Of a DNA stretch of 64,000 nucleotides, positions 42,101-52,716 are shown piece after piece. Each line of letters starts with the position of its first letter. Position 1 is the first letter of the stretch. Location: the NCBI GenBank assembly GCA_964035545.1, contig OZ037767.1, positions 10,426,581 through 10,490,580 on the forward strand, given 5' to 3'. The position numbers and the translations under genes were made by a program. This DNA is from Bugula neritina. Lineage: Eukaryota; Animalia; Bryozoa. The notes beneath the pieces were generated by a model that did no database searches, had not been told where the DNA came from, and saw only the letters and a list, made by a program, of their open reading frames with translations.

Positions 42101-45100
42101 ATTCAACTGAGGTTTATAACTTTACATATAAATCAGATCTAATGCAATAACACTGACTATGTTATCAGTATAAGGTGCCAGTTCCATATGTTTAATTCTA
42201 ATTTCTTCAGGTACTTGTCTGTGCATGCTATACACTCTTCTCAGTAGTTGTCTACCCTCTGTCCTCATCTATTGTCTACTCTACTCTAGCTTTACTCATT
42301 GTATGTATGTGTTGGACTCTTTCTAATCTCTCACTTTACTACCTCCTACACAGGAGAACTCCTCTAACCTAACGGCTCACTCGATTGTATAGGTTTATAA
42401 GTGAGTTGAATATACGCAGTAAGAATAATTGAAGTTGCATTACTAGTGTCCATGTTGTAATAATTTCAGCTTTATTTCAGAATTACTAAAGCGAGTCTCA
42501 TTAAGTGCCATGTGACAAAACAGTGGAGTGTGTAACTGGGTGGCTGGTATCTGTACAAACCTATTCAGCAGAGAATCCCATCTTCTGTTTCAGGTGACTG
42601 CACACGGTCAAGTTATTGGGGCGGTGATAGCAGACTCGCAGAGGCATGCTCAGCTAGCTGCTAAAAAGGTCAAGGTTGAATACGAGAACTTGCCTGCCCT
42701 CATTACTATCCAGGCAAGTTTCGAGATTGTGAATTTAACAATACATTTATTGATATATTTTAAAGCCTTATATGGATATTCTCGTATTATTATCATAATG
42801 TATATAGGAAAATATTTTATAGGAAAAATTCAATATTGTAAGTTGTCTTAATATAGGTTTTAAAAATAATGGCTAGTTTATTTACATTTTTTATGTTAAT
42901 AAAATGTCTAATGTGGTCAGTTACCATGTTTGTTTGTAAAACACTCAGTTTTCAGTTGCAGTTTTAGTATCTCTAACAAATGTTTACATAAATTTACAAA
43001 ATGATTGTGAGTGGTGGACTCATTCAGGATGCGATCAAAGCGAATTCGTTTCATGGTGATAGAGTGTTGGTGAAAGGAAATGTTGAAGAAGGATTCACTC
43101 AGGCCGAGCATATTCTCTCTGGAGAGATCAGTGTTGGGGGTCAAGATCATTTCTATTTGGAGACCCATGTATGTATGTATGTATGTGTATGTATGTATGT
43201 ATGTACATGTATTTATGTGTGTACGCATGTATGTATGTATGTATGTATATGTGTGTATGTACGTATGTATGTATGTATGTATGTACGTATGTACGTATGT
43301 ATGTATGTACGTATGTATGTATGTATGTATCTATGTATGTATGTATGTATGTATGTATGTATGTATGTATGTACGTATGTACGTATGTATGTATGTATGT
43401 ATGTATGTATGTATGTATGTATGTATGTATGTATGTATGTATGTATGTATGTATGTATGTATGTATGTACGTATGTACGTATGTATGTATGTATGTATGT
43501 ATGTATGTATGTATGTATGTATGTATGTATGTATGTATGTATGTATGTATGTATGTATGTATGTACGTACGTATGTACGTATGTACGTATGTACGTATGT
43601 ACGTACGTGTGTACGTATGTATGTGTGTATGTGTGTACGTGTGTACGTGTGTATGTGTGTACGTGTGTACGTGTGTATGTGTGTACGTGTGTACGTGTGT
43701 ACGTGTGTGTGTGTGTATGTGTGCGTGTGCGCGCGTGCGCGCGTGTGCGCGCGTGTGTGTACATGTGTGTACATGTATGTACATGTATGTATGTGTGTTC
43801 GCGCGTGCATGTGTGTATTCATATGCATGTGTAAGTATATGTGTGTGTATGTGTGTATGTATATATATATATGGGCTGCTCTTGTGTAGATTTTCAATAT
43901 TTTAGTGTTTTGCAAGTTATATTTAGAGTAATAGTGTGGTGTATTTGTACATATATCAACATTGTGTATATATCTACACTGTGAATATATTTATCACGTA
44001 TGTATGCATTGTGTATATGTATTCGCAGTCTGTTCTGTGTGTACCACGTGATCACGGAGAAATGGAAATATTCAGTTCTACACAAGACGTCTCTCTCGTA
44101 CAGTTTGCTGCTGCACGAGCTCTAAACGTTCCATCAAACCGAATACACGTTAGAACAAAGAGATTAGGTATGTATTATGCTTTATACTCACTTGAGTACG
44201 TGATATTTAAGTGAAACTTAAAGTTTTAATATTTGATCTCTGTGGTAGTTATCTTACGCTGCATCACTACACGTTGACATTCTCACAACCTCTCAACCTT
44301 TGTTATATAAACACACATTGAATGGTAGAAAGCTCAACCAATCGGATAAATTAAAGCTTGTTTATTTCTTTTCGCTTTGCTTTTAAGGAGGGGGATTTGG
44401 AGGAAAGGAGTCCCAATCAACTTATCTAGCCCTGCCCGCCGCTGTAGCTTGTCGCAGGTATTTGATGACATAAATGATAGCTGAAATATTTATATGATTT
44501 GGTAGAATGTTTATACAAGCTATAGATAACTTTTATACGAGCTAGGTAGATTGTTCACGCAGTTTCATAAAATGGTTATACGGCGTCATTGAATGATTTT
44601 GCAGCTTTTATGGAATGTTTTTTATGACTTATTGAATGGTTATATGTAGTTCTACCCAATAGGCACGAGGTACCTATAAGGTGTATGCTAGACAGAGATG
44701 AGGATATGATTATTACTGGAGGGAGACACCCTTACCTGGCCAAGTATAAGGTATAGATATAGAGTATACTGTATAGATATAGAGTATAGTGTATAGATAT
44801 AGAGTATAATGTATAGATATAGAGTATAATGTATAGATATAGAGTATACTGTATAGATATAGAGTATAGTGTATAGATATAGAGTATAATGTATAGATAT
44901 AGAGTATAATGTATAGATATAGAGTATAATGTATAGATATAGAGTATAATGTATAGATATAGAGTATACTGTATAGATTTAGAGTATAGTGTATAGATAT
45001 AGAGTATAATATATAGATATAGAGTATACTGTATAGATATAGAGTATAAGGTATAGATATAGAGTATACTGTATAGATTTAAAGTATAATATATAGATAT

Positions 45101-48100
45101 AGAGTATAATGTATAGATAAAGAGTATAAGGTATAGATATAGAGTATAATGTATAGATATAGAGTATAAGGTATAGATATAGAGTATAATGTATAGATAT
45201 AGAGTATACTGTATAGATTTAGAGTATAGTGTATAGATATAGAGTATAATATATAGATATAGAGTATACTGTATAGATATAGAGTATAAGGTATAGATAT
45301 AGAGTATACTGTATAGATTTAAAGTATAATATATAGATATAGAGTATAATGTATAGATATAGAGTATAAGGTATAGATATAGAGTATAATGTATAGATAT
45401 AGAGTATAAGGTATAGATATAGAGTATAATGTTTAGAGTGTAATGAAGTAAAGCGTATAGAATATCATCTATGATGTAATATCCTGTGTATAGCGACTGC
45501 TAATCTTTTAGGTTGGCTTCAACTCTGATGGTAGGATCATAGCCTGTGATGTCCAACTATACAGTAATGCGGGCAACTCTCTTGACCTCTCCATAGGTGT
45601 AAGTGGTGAAACTGGTCACTAATATTCCACACTATGTTACTTATTACAAAGCTTTTATATCCAAGTTACTAGCTAGCAGTGATCAGTGAATGGTATATAT
45701 TTGGCTCTAGTTTAACTGGTTTTTATTTCAATTCTACATGCATAGTTATATTGGCTGGCTGTTGAGTCACCCAATTGTTTTGAAACACTTATAGATGTAG
45801 AACTTAGGCTAAACAGAAATGCCCTTACTCAAGTTACTTAGCACCTTGTGTCAAGAGTGACTCAACTACGAGCAGCCCTGGGTTGGGTAGACATATATGC
45901 TTGTGTTTATTTAAACTGTGCAGGTGAATGACAGGGCGTTGACGAGTATAGACAATGCCTATAACATCGCCAACATGAGGGTTCAAGGTTGGATGTGTAA
46001 GACTAATATATCCAGTAACACGGCTTTCAGAGGGTTTGGTGGTCCGCAAGGCATGTTTTTCATGGAGCATATCATTTCAGAAATATCCTCCAAGCTGAAT
46101 ATGGAAGATTCTAAGGTTAGGCTTGCTATGTATGTTAGGTGGGTGTGTTTCACATGGTTATTGTAATACTGTGGTACATTATGTTAATAACACTAGTAAT
46201 ATACTGGTGTGTATGTACGTTATGTTAGTATTGTAGTAGAGCTTGTGTTGTCGTGTGTATATATCCAGTATTGACGTCTGTATACACCAGCTGTTCTGTA
46301 CTTCCGTGTTATAGTTCTGCTATACTGGTCTTATTATAGCAGACCTATTCTACTGGTCCTATTCTGCTGGACCTACTTTACTGGACCTACTATAATGGTC
46401 CTACTGTTTTGACTTTAATTTACTACTTAAACTGTTCTGAATGTACAGAACAGGGCCTACAATTTTGGGCCAATACCACCCGACTGGAAGTACTGGGCCT
46501 ATTCCACCGGTTGGTCCACCCTAATATGTACTTTCAGATACGAGAGATGCACCTGTACCAGGAAGGCGACTGCACCCACTACAAACAACCCATCATAAAC
46601 TGTAACATCTCCAAGTGCTGGCAACAAGTCCTTCAGCAAAGTGACTATGAGACGCGAAAAGCTGAGGTCATCAAATACAACAGGTGGGTGCAGCTTATCT
46701 AATCGCCGTTATTCTCTAAAGATTAGCAGACGTCTTGATATTGGTTTGAAACGTGTCGGTGTGTATAATGTAAAAGCATGGTTCTATAAGCAGCTTCGAG
46801 CTGGGGGTGAATAAGTGCAGTAATTTGGGGTTTTCGAACTTGGACTTGGGAGACTAACTCCAAACTTGAGAACCACAAACTACTGCACTCAGTCACCCCC
46901 AACTCGAAGCTGCTTATAGAACCATTCAACGTAAAAAGTGTTGAAAAAATAGTTGGAGAACTGTAAAGGTGGGAGATTACAAGGGGGAGCGGGGTTGGAT
47001 TTAATAAACCATCTTCCCTACTGATATTACTACTAGCAACTGTGACAAAGTACCCTCAACAACATGTAGTACTAACTAGGAGTCTTTTCTTATCTGCGGT
47101 TAAAATTTAATTGCTAGAAAGACTGCAAACTTTAATGAAAACTTGACTTTAGCTGTAAATTTTTGTAGCCAAAACCGATATAGAAAGAGGGGTATTTGTG
47201 CTATGCCCACAAAGTTTGGAATTGCGTTTGGTGTTGCTTTTCTAAACCAAGCCGCTGCTCTCGTGCACATATACAAAGATGGGTACGTGCTCTTGTCACA
47301 CGGAGGTATAGAGATGGGGCAGGGCGTCTTCACAAAGATGATACAGGCTAGTAAACTCTATTCTGTCATACATTTTGTAATCCATTCGGTAATGCATTCT
47401 GTATTCTATAATATATGGTATTGTGCAAGACCTTGCTTGTATAAAATTGTATTCTGCTTTATATTGTATTGCACTGTATATACTATATATATTGTAGTAC
47501 GCTGTATATAATATATTACTGTATATAGTAATACACTGTATATAGTAACGTACTGTATATAGTAATACACTGTATATAGTAATATACTATATAGTAATAC
47601 ACTGTATGTAGTAATACACTGTATATAGTAATATACTATATAGTAATACACTGTATGTAGTAATACACTGTATATAGTAATAAACTGTATATAGTAATAC
47701 ACTGTATATAGTAACACACTGTATATAGTAATACACTGTGTATAGTAATACAATATATATAGTAATATACTGTTTATAGTAACACACTGTGTATAGTAAC
47801 ACACTGTGTATAGTAATATACTGTATATAGTAATACACTGTATATAGTAATATACTGTTTATAGTAACACACTGTATATAGTAATACACTGTGTATAGTA
47901 ATATACTATATAGTAATACACTGTATATAGTAATATACTGTATATAGTAATACACTGTATATAGTAATACAATATATATAGTAACACACTGTATATAGTA
48001 ATACACTGTATATAGTAATATACTGTTTATAGTAACACACTGTGTATAGTAACACACTGTGTATAGTAACACACTGTGTATAGTAATACACTATATATAG

Positions 48101-51100
48101 TAATATACTGTATATAGTAATACACTGTGTATAGTAATACACTGTATATAGTAATACACTATATATAGTAATACAATATATATAGTAATACACTGTATAT
48201 AGTAACACACTGTATATAGTAATACACTGTGTATAGTAACACACTGTATATAGTAATACACTGTATATAGTAACACACTGTGTATAGTAATACACTGTAT
48301 ATAGTAATACACTGTGTATAGTAATACACTGTATATAGTAACACACTGTATATAGTAATACACTGTATATAGTAACACAGCTGCTCTACTGTTACACCAC
48401 ACTACAATGCATACTGCAGGTGGTAAGCAATGCCCTAGACATACCAGCTAGCAAGATACACACCATGGAGGTCTCCACCACTACTGTGGCCAACACTTCA
48501 GCCACAGCTGCTAGCACTGGCTCCGATCTTAATGGTGCCGCCATATTGGTACGTTCTTGTATAGGTGTTCTTCTACGTAAGCCTTGGCTCATATTATTGA
48601 GATGTACCCAAGTAAAACTAGTTCTACTAGCATGTTATTAACTAGAAGTCCTTGCTTCAAACTCAATTGAGTAGACTATTAGTATTAGCATTCACACATT
48701 GAAGAGAGTATGTTGGACATCCACAACTGAGATACTATGTAACATCCAATCACATCATCTTATACAGTGTAGCATCCAATCAAATCATGTAATACAATGT
48801 ATCATCAAATCATTTGATACAATGTAACATCAAATCATGTTGTGTAAAATTGTGTGACGTCCAGTTATATGATATAATACTATGTGATATCCAATCATAT
48901 TTTAGGATGCCTGTGGAAAATTGAAAGAGAGGTTAAAGCCATTTGTGGACGCTAAACCGGATGGTAAATGGGAAGATTGGGTCAATGATGCATACTTTGC
49001 CAGAGTTTCTCTCTCAGCCACTGGTTACTACGCGTGAGTCACCTCTTTGTTTCCTACTTCCTCTCCATTTTCATTGGTCGCATTTGTTGTGGTGATTAAC
49101 CAAGTTTAATACGTGTCTTCCCTATTTAGACTGAGTGCTTTAGGTTATGAGCCCTGGTAGTACTTATTGGTGGTAAGCTGAGACTATTGTTATTCTAGAA
49201 CTCCAGACCTGTACATGGACTATAGCACAAGCACTGGTACACCGTATGCCTACTTCAGTTTCGGTGCTGCTGTGACGGAGGTAGAGATAGACTGCCTTAC
49301 CGGTGACCACCAGGTTAGTGTAGAATCTCAGTCTAAAGTTCACAGCACCTGCAACACACCTGCTTTACCTCATCGCTGCTTCGGTTGAGAAAGAACTTCT
49401 ACCGCAGATATGCTGCTGCCAGCTGCTAGACGAATATGTTTGAGTGGCAGCGGGTTTTACTCCTCAGCACTTATGAAAAAATATTTTAATTCAACTTTTG
49501 AAGATCTCTTGCAAAATTTCAATTGATTTCAACATGTATTTGCTAAAATCCTACTGTAAATAGACTCTTTTTTATACAATATCAAACGTTTGTTGTTTAG
49601 ACCACATGCTACAGTCTTTAGGAGCTTATGTATCGTAAGTTGATGGAGAGCCTGAGTTTTGGTAGAGGATTACATGGGTTATACATGTGACGTAATTTTA
49701 TAAACTGTGTAGAATTATCTTTCCTTGCTCAAAGTGCATTCTGTGTTGGCAGCTCATAAAAACCGACATCGTGATGGACGTTGGGAAGAGCTTGAACCCG
49801 GCCATTGATATTGGACAGATTGAGGGGGCGTTTGTTCAGGGATACGGCTGGCTGTGCTTGGAGCAGCTTAAGGTTGGCTTCTTTGATCTCTTCTTACTCT
49901 CTCTAATATAGTGTGTGTGTGTGCGTGTGTGTGCGTGTGTGTGCGCGTGCGCGTGTGTGTGCGTGTGTGTGCGCGTGCGCGTGTGTGTGTGTGAGTATAT
50001 TATTCTATAATAATACTGTATTATCAGTAATATCATATCAGTAATACTATATTATCAGTAATATATCACTACTACGTATTCCGCAACACAGATGATGGCA
50101 AGCACAGGCACTGCGCTAACCTGTGGCCCAGGGAACTACAAGATCCCAGGGTTTAGTAACATTCCGCAGGAGTTCAACGTCACCCTTCTCAAGGATGTTC
50201 CTAATGTCAAAGCCGTTTACTCTTCTAAAGTAAGATAATCACAAATTTTATTATTTTTAATGCCCAAAGTTATGCACTTTTATGGTGCTCAAATTTTCAA
50301 CTTCAAAGTGTGCTGTTGAACAAACCTCTCCTAACAAGCTTTTGTTAAAGAATCCTTGACACACTTTATTTATGCAGTATTAAAATATTCCTATATAATT
50401 TAGCTATCATCTACACACTGTTTTAGGGTTGTTTTATTTTATAATAAATTTTGTGTGTTCATGTGCAGAATCAGTTTAGAATCTTTGATTGCTTGTTAAT
50501 GACGTTTTCAGTTCAAAGTTCAAACTTTTAAGCCAGCTCAGTGATAAGCCGTGTGTTTTAGCAGCTAAGAACAGCAAGCAAAAAAGTTGGCAATAATTAT
50601 TATTATTTTTATGATATCACAGGCTTCAGCACCGACTGGAGACTTCATCAGCAAGTGATGAGATATCCCAGAGTGATTCCAACATGTTTGCGTAAAATCT
50701 ATTATAAAGCAAACTTGTTTGGGCATGCGAACCTAAAACAGCCTGTAGATGATGGTTAAAATATATGTAAGAGTATTTTAATACATGGTAAGTGAAGTGT
50801 GTGAGGGACTCTATCAGGAAGTTATGTAATATTATTAATATCTATGTCAGGCTGTTGGTGAACCACCTTTGTTCCTGTCGGCATCAGCTTTCTTTGCCAT
50901 CAAGTCAGCGGTAAAAGCAGCGAGAGCCGAGGCTGGAGAAGATTTGAATTTTATCCTCAATGCGCCGTGTACTCCCGAGAGAATCAGAATGGCCTGTGTT
51001 GATAGACTGAGTAGTGAGGTGAGCAATTCTACATGTTATATAATCGTATGTGTGTTATGTTGTATAATATTCACGCTGTATGTTATTCTAATTGTGATAT

Positions 51101-51256
51101 AACACCATTCAACTTATAGAGCACTAATGTAAAGTTAGTAACACATAACAAACTTTACTATAAAACTAATGTATAGTATACTTTCCGTTCCTCTTTTAGT
51201 TTGCATCTTCCTACGACCCCAACATACCACCCACTTCCTTTTTCATTCAGCCGTGA
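30169..51256 (+). CDS. XDH: Xanthine dehydrogenase/oxidase, ~1322 aa, 30 coding exons
   Basis: Exons 30169-30213, 30429-30583, 31574-31682, 32667-32793, 35180-35382, 35472-35610, 36446-36690, 36880-36973, 37905-38017, 38456-38557, 38734-38816, 39355-39520, 40082-40277, 40586-40761, 42594-42713, 43028-43168, 44029-44167, 44388-44457, 44663-44750, 45512-45598, 45924-46115, 46538-46683, 47169-47346, 48420-48548, 48906-49033, 49199-49313, 49753-49872, 50092-50229, 50851-51018, 51200-51256 (3969 nt, in frame). 2Fe-2S motifs: [29 protein letters not shown] region: [16 protein letters not shown]. Moco region: GGGFGGKES (Glu802 equivalent), DRAL (Arg880 equivalent), [15 protein letters not shown] (Glu1261 equivalent). 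The retained Glu802/Arg880 favour XDH over aldehyde oxidase. Confidence 0.96.
30584..31573 (+). other. U12-type (minor spliceosome) GT-AG intron in XDH
   Basis: 5' site GTATCCTT at 30584, branch site TTCCTTAAC at 31555-31563, AG at 31572-31573, no polypyrimidine tract. Splicing gives KIL|HYAVNACL in frame. Confidence 0.93.
32420..32660. repeat. Degenerate ~15-bp repeat (tatattactactgta) abutting the XDH exon 4 acceptor
   Basis: Directly visible. Confidence 0.8.
32820..32960. repeat. Palindromic-unit repeat (gtactactgagta)
   Basis: Directly visible. Confidence 0.75.
33555..33730 (-). mobile_element. tRNA-derived SINE family A (best-preserved copy)
   Basis: The - strand reads GGGAGCAGCCGTGGTCTAGGGGTTAGAGCATTTGCCTAGTAAGCACGAGGTCATGGGTTCGAGCCC (A and B boxes), then the body GGCCATTGGTAATGTTAGGAAGAGCATCCAGTCATAAT. 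Confidence 0.8.
33876..33995 (+). mobile_element. SINE family A, degenerate + strand copy
   Basis: ggagcagctgtggtatagtagttagagcactgacctagta...gaccattgatgatgtcagagagggcatgcagtcataatt. Confidence 0.65.
34130..34315 (-). mobile_element. SINE family A copy
   Basis: Aligns along its length with the 18085 and 33555 copies. Confidence 0.75.
35868..36052. repeat. (CCCT)n/(CT)n polypyrimidine microsatellite
   Basis: Directly visible. Confidence 0.95.
36976..37303. repeat. 19-bp minisatellite (gtatatactgacttctact) x~17, starting at the XDH exon 8 donor
   Basis: Directly visible. Confidence 0.93.
38015..38300. repeat. ~37-bp minisatellite containing CAG|GTATAT, starting at the XDH exon 9 donor
   Basis: Unit tattcaggtatattatactatcatacactgtacatac, ~7-8 copies. 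Confidence 0.9.
40280..40510. repeat. ~30-bp degenerate repeat (ctcacttgctctacatgtcat...) starting at the XDH exon 13 donor
   Basis: Directly visible. Confidence 0.8.
43169..43872. repeat. (GTAT)n/(GT)n compound microsatellite starting exactly at the XDH exon 16 donor
   Basis: Directly visible. Confidence 0.95.
44743..45432. repeat. 20-bp minisatellite (gtatagatatagagtataat) x~34 with a 240-bp higher-order duplication
   Basis: Begins at the exon 19 donor; 44941-45180 is nearly identical to 45181-45420. Confidence 0.95.
46778..46925. mobile_element. ~148-bp foldback MITE-like hairpin
   Basis: atggttctataagcagcttcgagctgggggtga... pairs with ...tcacccccaactcgaagctgcttatagaaccat; the stem extends almost to the centre. 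Confidence 0.75.
47490..48378. repeat. 17-bp minisatellite (gtatatagtaatacact) x~50
   Basis: Directly visible; accounts for the Y/I/T-rich ORFs. Confidence 0.95.
50505..50600 (+). repeat. Dispersed repeat fragment also present at ~57598-57692
   Basis: agttcaaa..tt..aagccagctcagtgat.aagc..tgtgtt..agcagctaa.aacagca...aaaaa.tt.gcaataatt is shared by the two copies. Confidence 0.65.
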
Positions 51257-52716
51257 GCAGTTTATCGAAAACCTTGGAGTTCTTTTTAGAATATATTTCT
51301 AACTATAAATTTTATAACTAAATTCTTTTAATATTTCTATACACTTTCAGGTAATATCACTAATATGTTTTAATATTTCCAAAGATGATTTTATTGAAAT
51401 GCATTTATTATAACTTTTCACAATATTGGAGCTTGATTTTATATTCAATTTTTTTCTATAACTTTATATTGCCGATTTAGTAACTTACTGAAAGTTATAT
51501 TTCTGTATGTCTTTACTTCAATGGTCTATAATACGTGTTCTATCCAAATTTTATTATTTACCTTTATACATATATGACAGAGAGGGCGATTATCTTAATA
51601 AATGGTGCAAACTGCATTTGTACATTTTTGCTTTTAGTTTTGGTTTAAAATCCCTTGGGACTTTGCTAAAGTTTGTTGATCAATTGATACTAGTATCTAT
51701 TTCACTCCAAAGGAATTGCTATACTGAACTTATACCGTAAGGCAACACTTTTGAGCTAATCCAAGATTTCTAACTAAGCTTGAGATCTTTATTCGGTCTA
51801 ACAAAGATGGGGGTGGGGTGAAGTGACTAGATAAAGGTTCGGCAGCACTTTGTCAGCATCTGTTACCCACCAGATGTACACTTTCCAGTAAACTGAAGAT
51901 AAAATTAGTGGGCAAGCCATGATTAGTGATCTTAAACTCCTGTCAAGCATTCTAGAACCCAACAAAATGATGAAGGCAGAAGTTATTTTCTGTTAATGTT
52001 TGATGGTTATGTGGTATATTGAAGAACTTAAAGTAATTGAAGAAAATGTTATTTGAGTCATGCAGTGATGATACTGTAGCAATTGGAGATGAAGAGAAGA
52101 ATCCTAAAAAGTACAGGTCTGCTCGAAGCATGTATATTGTGTGTTTTAACTTTCACCCATCATAAGTGTATAGTTTACCTCGAAAGAAAACTGTTGACAA
52201 CTTGCTAAATAAAAACTTGTACTAACTTTTGCATGACAATTATAAACTTTTCCTGGTGAAATGTGTCAGCAGTTATTCTGCATATTGCACATTTTAAATT
52301 TTCAGCTTTTCAACCTCTTGAGGAGTGCATTGCATCACAATAAATTTATTGCCATCAAAGTTTCGTATTTTCAAAACAGTTATAGTAATTTTCAAACTTA
52401 CATAAAGAGATTATTCATGTTACAGTCTAGAGTCTAGACATATGAGCAAACTTTGAAAAAACTTCACAGAGCTTATGGTTCTATTATTAAACTTTTAGCA
52501 AATATAGTTATATTGTAAAGAATCTGTTAATCTACTTAGTATTGTGAATTGTCTACAAAAAACATCAAAAACAAGACATGGTTAACTTGTTACAGCACTA
52601 ATCCAAAATCCAACAATTCCATATAAAAATAAATATACAACAATTGTGTTCAACAAAACCAGATGAAAAAATACATGACAACAAAAATTTCTGTTAATTA
52701 TTGGAGTAAATGGAAG

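Noticed and set aside
43080-43915. 200-270 aa MYVC/HTYI ORFs
   Set aside because: (GTAT)n intronic microsatellite; only 43028-43168 is a real XDH exon.
44751-48378. Regular repeat arrays as possible CRISPR arrays
   Set aside because: Head-to-tail units with no unique spacers, no cas genes and a eukaryotic intronic context.
30169-51256. Aldehyde oxidase rather than XDH
   Set aside because: The Glu802- and Arg880-equivalent residues that are lost in aldehyde oxidases are both present.
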